A stretch of 63,260 bases of DNA, filler included. It is 12 parts of 12 records of this genome, joined end to end, with 100 filler letters (N's around TTAATTAATTAA, not from the genome) between each part and the next. Parts side by side here need not be neighbours in the genome. Positions count along the whole stretch, not along the records: positions 22,325 to 26,422 come from SRR15195285_1113; positions 26,523 to 31,745 come from SRR15195285_1116; positions 31,846 to 37,693 come from SRR15195285_1117; 9 more parts are not named here. One strand, given 5' to 3'. The notes under the pieces were generated by a model. It saw only the letters and a list, made by a program, of their open reading frames with translations, ran no database searches and had not been told where the DNA came from. The position numbers and the translations under genes were made by a program. This document shows, in pieces, positions 23,420 to 35,134 of the stretch. Position 1 is the first letter of the stretch; each line of letters begins with the position of its first letter.

Positions 23420-23722
23420 GGATAATTATCTGGCATGTTGGGATGGGACGAGTGGGGAAACCGCACAGTAGTCGGTATAAAGGTCTGAAGACGCCTGTGA
23501 GACAAAATGTTGGCTGGAGCCCCTCACTTGCTCTCCTCCTAACTGTCGGGCTTGATCGACTGCACAGAGCAACACGCTTGCGATGCACACTGCAACATAC
23601 TTGACGAACCTATTAACACCAACGACGAGTGGGTGCACGGACAGAGGAGGCAAGTGAAAGACACTTAATTACACAACGGTGTAAGCCGGGGGACATGCGC
23701 CGGGCATCAAGATCAACCCAGC

Positions 23723-26332
23723 TCACTCCGTCGCAGCCATTGGATTGATCATCTTCTTTCCTGCATCGTCTCCTGAGTCTTTCGCTCCCTGTTTCGACTT
23801 CTTCCGCTTCTTCGCTGATCGCCCTCCTCCCTTGGCGCCCTGGCGCGCTGCTTGTATTCCACCATGCTGGTTTTTCAGCTCCTCGTGGCTCGCATCATCG
23901 GCGCGGATCTTGTTCGTCTTCGCTTGCCGCGTTTCATCCGCGTACGCTTCGGCCGCATCCGCGATCGATTTTGTGCTTGTCATGAACTGCGCCAGCTCAC
24001 CCGTCGCAAATGACGGCTTGTCGCCTGTGTTCTCGTCCTCGTCCTCCAAGAAGCACATCATGATGGTGTCGATTGCCGTCTCGTACACGGACATGACGAG
24101 CATTACCGTAAGGGCAGCCGCCAGGCCGCAGAGCACAAGCGGCGCATACGGCGGGTTTAGGGCGGCAGCTTCACTCTCGTTTGTCATCACCGTTTCGCAG
24201 ATCAAGACAGTCCCCGCGACGACCCCAAGCTTGCCGAGGAAGATCATCAGGTGCGCAAAGACGGACAGAAATGAGAACCGGACCATGTTCTTGATCAACC
24301 GTTTGGAGGCGCTGTAAACTCCTGTGCAGAAGTTCACACCATAGATCGCACACTCAATGTACGCCAGCTTGCCGAGGAAGCGAATCAGCTTCTCCACACA
24401 GTTGACTACGCAGACCAGCGCAGCCCCCAGCAGCTGTACGACCTTGTTCTCTGGCGACTGAGCCACCACCTGCTTGATGACATACGTTGCGATCCACTTC
24501 ATGACCACCACAACGGCAATCAGCAGTGAACCGAAGATCATCGAACCAAAGCTGTAGCGGCAGACGCGGTAGAACGAGCGCTCGATAGCGAACGCCTTGA
24601 TGTCTCGGTCGCCGTCTTTGTCTGAGAAGGTGAAGTACCAGTCGGCACATGCACCGGCGATTGTGGTGTACTGTACGCTCGTCATGATGTAGCCTGTCCA
24701 CAGAACGCCGAACCCATTGAACATGACCATCCGCTGCAGTTCTTCACTGTACACGTACGTGTCCTTTTCCATATCGTACTCGCGCAAGCTGAGCAGATAC
24801 AGCGTTGAGACCACACCATACCCGACGATAGGGAGCTCGATGATGAATGTCAGGATTGGCAAAACGATGCACTTCGGAATAGCAAGGAAGCAGTCGCTGG
24901 CTTCCTCGATCACGCCGATGCTCATCGTGATGCGATCGTGGAAGATGGTGAAGATGATGAACAACACGATGGTTAGGATCCAGCAAGCGTACGCGGCATT
25001 CTCTGCAATCACAGGATCTACCGCGACTTCTGCCATCTTCGCTTGCATCTCCGGCGGGATTTCCAGCTCGCCGGGAGGAGTGACCTTGCCGGCCTTGAAC
25101 ATTAGTATAGCGCCAATGGTAGGCAGAATTATCAGCGTCGAGTAGACAGTGAACCAGATCAGCGGCCCAGCAAAGTAGTCCAAGAACAGGATCCACGCAA
25201 ACGACAGCACCAGTGCAATGCCGAAGGCCCAACCGACCACGTGCCCGAACTGTGCCAGGTCGTTGAAGTGCTGAGAGCCCATGTCTCCGGACATCTCCAG
25301 CGCGAGCTGCGTCGCGTTCTCGCCCAGCTGCGTCGGGATGCACTGGTACAGGATGTCCTGTGTTTTCCCGTACGGGTGGTAGCACTGGCCTGCGCCTTCT
25401 GGCTGGTGGCCGGGCATGTGGATCAGCGGCGCGCAGAATGCCGGCGGTGCGCACAGTGTGTTGCCCAGCGTGTCGCACATCGAGGCCTTGTTGTTGCCGC
25501 ACGTCGCGGCGAGCCAGTTGCACGTCGCCCCCTTCTGCTCCGGTGCCGCAGGCGTTGGCCACGCTGACGTCGCTGTACCGTCTCCGATCCAGGGATCCAC
25601 CGTCACGCTGCCACAGGTGGCGTCCGTGTATCCCTGGTCCAGGGTCGAGCCCGGCGCGTAGCGACCGGCGACTTCGATGTCGTGGTGGCAGATCCACTGG
25701 TCGAACGGGACGATACCTGGATCGTTGAAGGCGCCGAAGCCGTCCCCCGGGCACTTGTGCACGCAGAAGTTCACCTCTGGCTGCGTCGGGATCGGGTAGT
25801 ACAAGCGTTTGTACTCCGTCATGTCCGGCTTGCTCGGATCGTTCGGCTTCACGCCACACGCCACCCCCTCGAACGTGACCGGATAGAACAGCTTCTCGAT
25901 ATCGCCGTTCTCCATGGCGAAGTTCAGCAGCCACAGCATGCAGCACCAGTAGATCAAAAAGCTGATGCACATCGGGATGTCGCGGCAGTTGCGCTGCGAC
26001 GAGTCACGCAGGTAGGCGCCCCCGTCCTTGCCAAACAGCTTCAGCATCACCTCCACACCCTGCTCGGCCACTGCCGACGCAGCATCATTGGCGTTGTTGA
26101 GCACCGCCCCGTGCACCCCGCCGAGGGCCTTGTCCTTCTTGGCCGGCGCCTCGCCGATCTTGGGGTTGTTTCGCTTGCGCTCCTCATGCTTGTCGTTCGT
26201 TTCCTTTTTCGCCTTCGCCTTCTGGCGCCCCTTCTTGCCGCGGTGCGTGGCCTGGATCTTGGCTGCGGCCGCGTGCTCCTCGTCCGTCCCCTCGAACATC
26301 GGCTCCTCCTCCCCGCCCCGGCCCTTGCCCAT
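23723..26332 (-). CDS. Choline transporter-like protein (SLC44/CTL family) with N-terminal IQ motif
   Basis: Single 869-aa ORF with family motifs RNCRDIPMC, NFCVHKCP, TIAGACADWYF, RYSFGSMIFGSLLIA, AYIECAIYGVNFC and VYETAIDTIMMCFLED, and about 10 TM helices. Confidence 0.93.
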   Translation of the reverse strand: MGKGRGGEEEPMFEGTDEEHAAAAKIQATHRGKKGRQKAKAKKETNDKHEERKRNNPKIGEAPAKKDKALGGVHGAVLNNANDAASAVAEQGVEVMLKLFGKDGGAYLRDSSQRNCRDIPMCISFLIYWCCMLWLLNFAMENGDIEKLFYPVTFEGVACGVKPNDPSKPDMTEYKRLYYPIPTQPEVNFCVHKCPGDGFGAFNDPGIVPFDQWICHHDIEVAGRYAPGSTLDQGYTDATCGSVTVDPWIGDGTATSAWPTPAAPEQKGATCNWLAATCGNNKASMCDTLGNTLCAPPAFCAPLIHMPGHQPEGAGQCYHPYGKTQDILYQCIPTQLGENATQLALEMSGDMGSQHFNDLAQFGHVVGWAFGIALVLSFAWILFLDYFAGPLIWFTVYSTLIILPTIGAILMFKAGKVTPPGELEIPPEMQAKMAEVAVDPVIAENAAYACWILTIVLFIIFTIFHDRITMSIGVIEEASDCFLAIPKCIVLPILTFIIELPIVGYGVVSTLYLLSLREYDMEKDTYVYSEELQRMVMFNGFGVLWTGYIMTSVQYTTIAGACADWYFTFSDKDGDRDIKAFAIERSFYRVCRYSFGSMIFGSLLIAVVVVMKWIATYVIKQVVAQSPENKVVQLLGAALVCVVNCVEKLIRFLGKLAYIECAIYGVNFCTGVYSASKRLIKNMVRFSFLSVFAHLMIFLGKLGVVAGTVLICETVMTNESEAAALNPPYAPLVLCGLAAALTVMLVMSVYETAIDTIMMCFLEDEDENTGDKPSFATGELAQFMTSTKSIADAAEAYADETRQAKTNKIRADDASHEELKNQHGGIQAARQGAKGGGRSAKKRKKSKQGAKDSGDDAGKKMINPMAATE

Positions 26333-26664
26333 CGCGCCCTCTTACGCTAGGGGCGAGAACACACACCAAAACTGTGGAACGGTCACCACACCACAAACCG
26401 TCCACACACCCTCCCCCCCCGGNNNNNNNNNNNNNNNNNNNNNNNNNNNNNNNNNNNNNNNNNNNNTTAATTAATTAANNNNNNNNNNNNNNNNNNNNNN
26501 NNNNNNNNNNNNNNNNNNNNNNCGGCGCGAGCCCTGGTGGAGAAGCCGAGGCGAAGGACTATCTTGCTTTCACACCTTAACTACTACGCAGACTGTTGCC
26601 GGTGAGCAGCTGCGCGCGTCGGCGCCGGGAGCCCGGAGGAGCGTCCAGGAGACAGTCTTGCGCC

Positions 26665-27864
26665 ATGAGCTCAGGGCTATTCAAGAAGTGAGTCGCTGCC
26701 AAGGATGCTCCGCCTGCATACCGCGCTCGCATGCTAATGACGCTCGACACCGCACGTGTCTGGGTCAGCTTCACCCTCGACGAGAATGTCAGCACGCAGA
26801 GCAAGGTGAAGTCCTCCGTAATGCGCGGCATCGTGCGCAGCATTGAGCAGGAGTACCCATGCTTCAACAACGAACTGGACCAGATGCTGCCAAAGAAGGA
26901 GATGGCTGTCGCCAAGTGGTGCGCGCGACTCGGCTCTGCATCTGCCCGTCCATGACTGACTTTGCCACGAAATTGGACAGTCAAGGGCACTTGAACGTCG
27001 TGCTTAGAGGGTCGACGCCGAAGTTCTTCAACGTGCGCACGCCCAAGCAGCATTTTTCTACCGTGAGCTGCGCCCTGTGTTGCCCGGTCGTTTCAGGCTC
27101 TGTTTCCTGGCTGCTGCAGGTCCGCGACGGGCCTTACTTTCCGACAATTCGACTCCTCCATATGTGTACGTGCAGCACGCAGCTATCGCTTGTATGGCTC
27201 AGCTCAATCTCTGCGGCACTCAGCGTCGTGTAGAGACGTAGACAGACAAGCCACACCGGCAAACAGGAGATTGCACACAGAAAGCGAGAGTGATCTACAC
27301 AGCTGACCGCGGCGCCATACCTGTGCTGCAATCAGATCCGAACATGCTGCCCCGCATGCAGATTGACAAGGGTGGGATCCGATTCATCATGGTACGATCT
27401 GAGCGCACAGGCCCAGGATGCCACTGTCTCTTGCCGACAGCAGTGTTCTCACATCTAGTGCTGTTCAGAACGGAGCAGACGTCATGTGCCCTGGGCTTAC
27501 TTCGCCAGGCGCTGACATGCCGGATGCAGAGGCAGGGGATGTAGTGGTGCGTGTGCTTTGCGTGTGCTTCCCGATTGCTTGCTTCGTGAGCATCTCACGG
27601 TGTGTGCGCAGGGAATTTTTGCTGAAGGCAAGCAGCACGCAATGGGTGTTGGGATAATGAAAATGTCGTCGAAGGAGATGTACGCGAATCTGTGCAACGC
27701 GTTTCTTCCTTGCGCTCGTTGCGCCGGAACGAATCTCGTGTCTGACCGCGCGGAATGATGCTAATTTAATGCTTGTTCGCAGTCGGGAGAAAAACAAAGG
27801 GGTAGGGATTGAGACAGTCCATGTTCTGAACGACAACTTTTGGAAGGTGGGGGACTTTGTATAG
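26665..27864 (+). CDS. MCTS1: MCTS1/Tma20 translation re-initiation factor (PUA domain), 8 exons
   Basis: Spliced product: MSSGLFKNFTLDENVSTQSKVKSSVMRGI...[53 protein letters not shown]...AEGKQHAMGVG...NKGVGIETVHVLNDNFWK. All introns are GT-AG. Confidence 0.95.
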
Positions 27865-28694
27865 TGCTACTAGCTAGCTAGTACAGTATTGGTTTGAATA
27901 ATGAACTCGTTAACTTGTCGTTAGACCGTTAGAACCAGCGTGGCGGTCTGTGAGCACTGGCCTCTGTCGCTCCGCGCCCTGTTATCGCTGTGCGATGGAG
28001 CTGATACAAGCTATGCACCCTGCGCTGACCCTCCTACGCTGTCCCTCGATGAGTTTCTATTCTAATCTAGTCTAATTTGTTGTTCCAGCTGATTGTTGTT
28101 CCAGCTGATTGGCGTGGTGCGTTTCGAGTGCTCTGAGGACTACTGTACCAGCTGTACGAGTCTCCAGTGCTCTGAGGACTGACTCTCTACCAATCTCCCA
28201 TTTTGCATTCAAGTGTATATACAGTACATTTCACAAATGAATTCGCTAAATTGTGCGCAATCCTTGAGGAATTCAAGGTTTTCCATGACGGCACACTGAG
28301 CATGACACACTGAGTGTGACAAAGCTCAAAGGGTAGGATTCCTACTGTCGTAGATCTAGCTGGAGTTAGCATTGAAGGGATGATACCTGGTGAGTCCAGG
28401 GTGTTCGTATGACTTGAGTGTCGCCTCATTGCCCTGCTCTGCCTGCTCCCTGCAGTTACTTTCCTCTTGCTTTGTGGTCATTTCTTGACGATGATCAGTG
28501 TGCACAACAGCAACACCCAGTCAATCGTCTCACTCATCCAGTATTTGAGCCCCTCTTTCACGAATCCGGCCGATTGACTGCTGTACAGTCGCGTGGGCGA
28601 ATGCGGTTTGCGTTTCTGCCATCTGGGCTGTATGTATATAGCTGTCATGTTTTCATTCGTCACGTTTATTGGAAACAACCATTTTTTTTAACGT

Positions 28695-31600
28695 TTATGT
28701 CGACAAAGGCAAGTAAGTCATGACTTGTAGCGGTGAAAGCGTGCGTTGCAACTGTGCGGGCTCTCCGTCTGAGCTATGGCTTGTTACGTAGACTTCAGCA
28801 AACGGCCCATATCTAACTCCGTCTACAACCATCAAAAAGGGCTCCACATCACCACCGGGCTGTGGAGACGCTTTGATAGTTACTTCATCCACGTGTTCGG
28901 CCAAGTCTGTCAGGTCCACCTGCACGCAGAGAGCCTTTGCATCAGTGTTGGCAGTCGAAATGCTCGGTAGCACAAAAGATGGCGTACCTGCGTGCTTCCT
29001 TTTTTCTTCTTGCCTGAGTCTCTGGGCCTGCCGATAAGTTCCAGCGCGCGATCGGAAGGGTTTGGGCAAGCTGTCGTTTGGCCTCGCCGCGGCACATTGC
29101 ACACATCCAGAGTTCGGAAGTGTGACGCTCGAAACTCTTTGCGTCCGATATGTCTGCCGTCCACGCCAATCATGCGAAATTCCAAGTCGATTTGCGGGGC
29201 GGGTGGCTCCTTTGCTTTCGAATCACTCTGGTTGAGATGCGCATCGGTAAAGTCAGTCAATACTAGTACGCACATCACAACACAACACTCACAAACAGAC
29301 AGACAGTCTGGACCACAAGAGCACACCGAGTCCATGTACGCGACTGGACCGAAAGACACACGGTCGCAACCATAGATCGTGTACATGCCGGGTCTCGTTT
29401 CTGTACCGTAATCTCTGCCTGGGTAGAGCCAGCAGTGACAGCAGAACACATTCACCTGCGCAAGTCAATCAATAGTCAATGGCACACGCATCAATTTCTT
29501 GAGAGACGTGATGAAGCGGCGAAACCAATATTCCTCAAGCGTACATCGAGTTGATTGCCTGCGTGACGAACATAGTTCTGCACAAGATTGCGCATTGCCA
29601 TGCATGGTGCTAGCGACGGTTGGCTGTTGGTTGATGCTGACCCTGGCTCCGGCTCCGGCTCCGGCTCAGAATCTTGAGACACACCACCCACTGTTCCGTG
29701 TGTCAGCAGCACATGCGGAAAGGCTGGAAGCAGCGTTGACCAAGGAATCGCCACATGACGACCGTACCTGGACAGATCGGTTGCTCAGCAGTGCCAACCA
29801 GAGCTGACCTGCCAGCAGGGACTTACCAGCAGTCGGTGCGCGCGATGCATTCCGCCAGGGCGTTGTCATCCACTAATGGTGATGTGGGGATTAGGAATAT
29901 GGACACTGAGAGTTGTCTTTTCCGACTGTCGAGACCGCTGCTTCGAAGCAGCTCAGCACGCAACAACTCAATGGCATTCAGCACGTGGTGGATTGCCTGA
30001 GCACCACCTGCCACAGCAATGCGAAAAGATACGGCGGCGCCCACAGCTGGCGCTAAGCTCGCGACGCCTCTTAACCACTCAAGTGCGTCTAGCACTGGTT
30101 CCGTTGGCCACGACGAACGCGATGCGTCTTGAGACTCAGCCTGCGGATGAAGTTGGAACGCCAGTGCATCCAACGACAGCGACGTCGTAGTTTGTGGCAG
30201 CTCATGAGCTGTCGATGCAGTCCGAGCAGTTCGCCGCGGTCGCTTCCATGGTGAATCTTCTCCAGCAGATACTCCAATTGATTTTCCTAGACCCGCGCAC
30301 TCAGGTTTCAACGATTTCGAAATGAATATACTGCGATGTGCGCCAGCAACGTACCAAAGGCCTTCAGAGCAATTGGGCCTAGAGCATCCAGCACACTATG
30401 AGCTGCCGCTTCGGCTCTACGCTGCTGTGCCTCAAGATCAATTTGTCGGGCTGCTTTGTATCTGTGTCGGACCAGGCAGCACAAGAATGAGTTGCGTGCT
30501 TGTGATGCGCTTGCACTACTGCACTTACAATGCCAGAACGTCCTCGGGCTGGCGGTCGGCAAGCTGCTCCGCAGCATCTGACGGGAGCTCCAGGACGTCC
30601 GCCCCGGCACGCTGGAAGATGTGAAGAAGCATCTTCGCCGCGTCATCTACGGTGTGACTACTACCGATGTCGCTGTGGTCTCCGTGTTCGTGCGATCGCG
30701 GCGAGCTAGTTGATTTTGCAGCTGGCGTGGTTAGAGAGAGCTGCAAAAAGTGCGCATTTGCAGCGCTCGAGTCGACAAAGACCGGTACAATCGATCGGTG
30801 GAGATCGCTGAGGTTCTCTGTCTCTCCTGACTCGATTGCCAACCTCGGGTGCTCGAGTAAGTATGCGTGACGAAACGCAGCACCAGGCGAAGAGATTTCT
30901 CGTTCTGCTGTAGCTATCAAACGCTGAGCAAGGGGCCCAAAGGGGCAGGGCCAGCAGTAGAAGGGATCGAGCGCTGCTTTCAACCGTCGCAGAGGATCGA
31001 TCGGCAAGCACGGGTAGCTTCGGATAATCTCGGTCAGCATCTGCAGCAGACATAGAAGACGGTGCTCCGTGTTGTGTACTCGCAGCATGTCAACGATCTC
31101 GTTCAGCGCACGAGTTAATTCGACCTGGCGTTGACGGCGCGGCGCGGTCAGACTGACCTGATCGAAGACATATTTTTTCGGGCAGTGTGGAACAACTCAC
31201 GGGAGTTGTGAAGAGATGACGCAGATACAGCCACGTCCAAGCTGGCCCGACAGTTTTCTGCGCAGTGTAATAATTGCAAGAGTGGTCACGTCACGTTCAT
31301 CCAGCCACCTTGTTGGGTGTGTGTGGAATAGAATAGGACACACCTCCTCGACCTGGGCCGTGAGATCGAAAGGAGCATTCATACCGCGTTTGCTCTCGAT
31401 GTGAACGACGCTCTCGAGCTGGTCAGTAACGGCAGAGAACATGTCATCGCCTAACCGCTCGCCTTTCTCTTCTAAATAGTTGTAAACTTCAAGTGCAAAC
31501 TCCGCCGAGGCTGCCATTTGGCTTGCCTTTGCCTTGTCCTGCTGTTTCTGAACCTTCTTGGCCACTTTCTCCGACTTGGCCGCTTCCTTCGTAGACGCCT

Positions 31601-31745
31601 TCGCCGATTTCTCCATTTCTTTCGCGGCCTGCTTCTGATCCTTTGCACGCACTGCTGACGCGTGAGCCTCAGCCTTGCGCGGCAGGCGCTTAGCCCACCT
31701 CCGCATAGCTGTCCCCAAGGCATCCGAGCCGCTGTCGGTGCGGAT
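28695..31745 (-). CDS. Putative PI3K class IB regulatory subunit homolog (p101/p84, PIK3R5/6-like), multi-exon, 5' partial
   Basis: Collinear motifs resembling p101: FYCWPCPFGPLAQRLIATAEREISSPG, RIAVAGG...SIFLIP, ALAECIARTDCW|YGRHV, NLVQNYVRHA and the C-terminal VDEVTIK...PFLMVVD...LQVMTYLP*. Confidence 0.65.
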
Positions 31746-31938
31746 NNNNNNNNNNNNNNNNNNNNNNNNNNNNNNNNNNNNNNNNNNNNTTAATTAATTA
31801 ANNNNNNNNNNNNNNNNNNNNNNNNNNNNNNNNNNNNNNNNNNNNTTGCGCGTACGCGTCGAACGCGATCGCTCGCGAGCTCCGACGTGGCTGCTCGCGG
31901 TCACGCACGATTCGTGGATCAACTACAGACAGAGACCA

Positions 31939-34900
31939 ATGTACTTCAAGCACTTGACAGCCGCGCTGCTGTGGCTACTGCTGCTGTCTGTCGTCGCTGC
32001 GTTGGACGACGGTAGTAAGCCGCGTCCGTGGGATCCGTACGCAGTTCACTTTTCAGCTCTCCATGTTCTAGCGCCAACCAACGAAATCACTGCAGTCAGT
32101 CAATCTCCAGTCAGCCCACGTTGTACGTATGTACGAGAGAGACTGGCCTTTCATTTGACGCCGTAGATAGTGTGGGGCGGATCATGTGGCATCCATACGA
32201 TCAAACTGTCGTGTATTCATCTATGAAAGCGTGCTACCGCAGTCCTATCCTACTCAAGCTTGGCAGGTCGCTAAGGTCCTTCGCGCGTGTTTGTGTGGCA
32301 GCGTGCTCCCAAATGTCAAGCCATGCTCGGTTCCGCACATGGATTTCTGCAACACTTCCAAGTCGATTTCCGAGCGGGCTGCAGATCTTGTGTCGAAGCT
32401 AACCATCACAGAGAAGATCCGCCAGCTCAGTACTTACTCGTTCGCAAAAAAGTACACGCACCGGTTCACGCCACCAGTGGATCGTATCGGTCTGCCGGGC
32501 TACAGCTACCACACCGAGGGACTGCACGGGCTCCGCGACTCCTACATCGGGTCGTTGAACGCCACAATGTATCCGCAGGTCACCGCTATGGCTGCCACTG
32601 CTAATGCGACGCTCATTCACGAGATGGCGCATGTAATGGGCATCGAGGCGCGTGCTGTGCACAATGTGTACATGGACTACCTCTTCTCCGGAGGTAGAGG
32701 TGGCAACTGTACCCCAAGCACCGGCAAGTGTACTGGCAACAACACTGAGATCGGAACACGTGGTGGCTTCCTTAGCATCTACGGGCCCACCATGAATATC
32801 ATCCGGGATCCGCGCTGGGGCAGAGCACAGGAAAGCGTATCAGGTATGGATCCTCGGCTACAATGATGCTGAAAAGCCTCTGATCATTATGCATCTGATA
32901 TGCAGATACCTGACAATTATACTCTGATATGCTTGCAGAAGATCCATACCTGAACAGCCTCTATGCATCCAGCTTTGTTAAGGGACTGCAAGGAGATATC
33001 GCGTACACGGACGATACCACAAAAGGAAGGACGTTGCTTGCCGCGGCGACTTGTAAACACATGGCTGTTTACAATTTAGAAGGAGCGCATTACGGTGGCG
33101 AGAAGTGGATGAGGCACAGGTTTCAGGCGAACGTAACCGTGCAAGAGCTGATGGAGACCTACTTGCCAGCTTTCCGCGCGTGCGTTCAAGAAGGCAACGC
33201 ACAGCAGATTATGTGCTCATATAACAGCATCGCGGTGCAAGGTGGCTCGCACCCGTACAATTCAACCCCGGCCTGCTTGGACGGTGATATCCAGAACCGT
33301 CTGATGAGAGACACTTGGGGATTTGAAGGAAACATTGTGTCAGATTGCGATGCGAGTTCCGACGCACACTTTGCCCATCATTGGGGGCCTGTCGTTGGCG
33401 ACGGTGGAAACGCGTCTGCTGCCGCCACTGTTGTTGCCGGCCTTGAGGGTGGCTGCGATATGGACTGTGGCTCTTTCTACACAGATTTTGCCAACGAGTC
33501 TGTTGCACAAGGTCTGCTGAAGGAGGAAACGATTGATGTGGCGCTGCGAAGGATTTTCACCATGCGGCTGCGACTTGGCGAGTTCGATCCTGACCCGACA
33601 GGCCATCTGACCGGCCGTGGTGGAGGTGTTTATAGTCGTCTCGGCGCTGACGACGCCGACAGTCCGGCACACCGCGAATCAGCATTGCGTGCCGCTCGCG
33701 AGTCAATCTGCTTGCTCAACAACTCTTTGAACCTACTGCCATTAAACACCGGCAAACACCAGAAGCCAAGAATTGCTTGCGTTGGTGTCCTTGCCAATTC
33801 TACTAGACTGAATGGCAACCCTGATGCGACTGGGGGCGGAAGCGAGATGGGAGGCAAAAACGACTACGTACCGGCTTTCACTATTTCCATCCTGGACGGC
33901 TTGAGACTGATTTTCGGTGAGGAGAATGTGGGCTACGATAGAGCACTGCAATCGTTCAGTGATCAGAACACCTCTGGCTTCGCGCAGGCAGCACAGCTTG
34001 CCAAAGAGAGTGATGTGACAGTTGTAGTGGTAGGCTTGGATGGGAATGGGGAGGGCGAAGGTCATGATAGAGTATCTACTCTGCTCAATATCTCTTGACC
34101 ACTGATCGTTTCTGTGTTGGAATCTTGTATTGTTGCCGCTGCTGTTCAAGGCTCTCATTGATCGGGCAGGCGAATACTACATTGGTCGGCGCACAGTCAG
34201 AACTTGTGCAGACAATGATGGCTGCAGTGGGGCCAGAGAAACTCATTGTAGTGCTCGTGAACGGTGGGCCACTTTCTGTGGACTGGATCAAGCACAATTG
34301 TCCAACGGTGATCGAGGCATTCGAGGGAGGCCAGTCGGGCGGCCAAGCCTTGGCAGAGGTCCTAAGTGGGAAGACAGCCCCCTCCGGTGTGCTGCCCTAC
34401 ACAATGTATCCAGAACACTACCTCAGCCAGGTGGTGCACTGGGATATGAGCATGCGAAAACCACCTGGCCGAAGCTATCGCTTCTATTCGCAGAGACCGT
34501 TGTGGCCGTTTGGATACTCTGGCTCTTATACTACATGGGAGCTTGGGTGGGCTAAGCATCTGCCCGCCACACTTTCGGTAAGTGAGCTAGAGCACGGTGT
34601 GGAGCTAGCGGTGACACTGCACAATAGTGGCAAGGTGAGCAGTGCCAAGGCGCTATTGTTCTTTGCGTCGGTCAAGCTCAGGACGGGTGACGCGGTGGCA
34701 CTTGGCTGGACGCCACCGATCAAAATGCTTTTTGCAGTAAAGAAGGTGTGGGTACCTGCCGGGGAATCTTTGCTGGTGGTGGTCAACAGTACAAACGTAC
34801 GCGGAGCGTGTGCATTCTGCACCGTCGACGAGCAGGGAATGGCAGCGGTTCGAGAGGGTAGCTACAGCATAACTATTGGCGATGGTAGTGACTCTGCAGT

Positions 34901-34973
34901 CACGCCAATGGTCACCAGAGCAACACTTCGAGTCGATAGCAGTAATGCGGATGGGGCGCAGTTTTCAGCGTGA
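31939..34973 (+). CDS. Secreted glycoside hydrolase family 3 (beta-xylosidase-like), multi-exon
   Basis: Signal peptide MYFKHLTAALLWLLLLSVVA, then ERAADLVSKLT, EGLHG, NIIRDPRWGRAQE, TCKH, IMCSYN, nucleophile motif VSDCD, EGEGHDR, PGRSYRFY and PFGYSGSYT. Confidence 0.92.
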
Positions 34974-35134
34974 TTAAAACGGCGGAAGTCGTTCCGAGGC
35001 AACAATCGTTGCTTGTATTACCTCCCTCGCCGACTTGGTTGGGGTGACATTCACAACATATTCGAATATGTCAGTAATTATTGATCATAATTGTTGATCT
35101 TTCTTCAGAAGATCCTTTGTCATTGGTTAGAATT

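Noticed and set aside
24744-25970. 408-aa alternative-frame ORF in the CTL gene, and the 417-aa antisense ORF at 40058-41311
   Set aside because: Shadow ORFs caused by high GC3 codon bias, with no recognisable domain.
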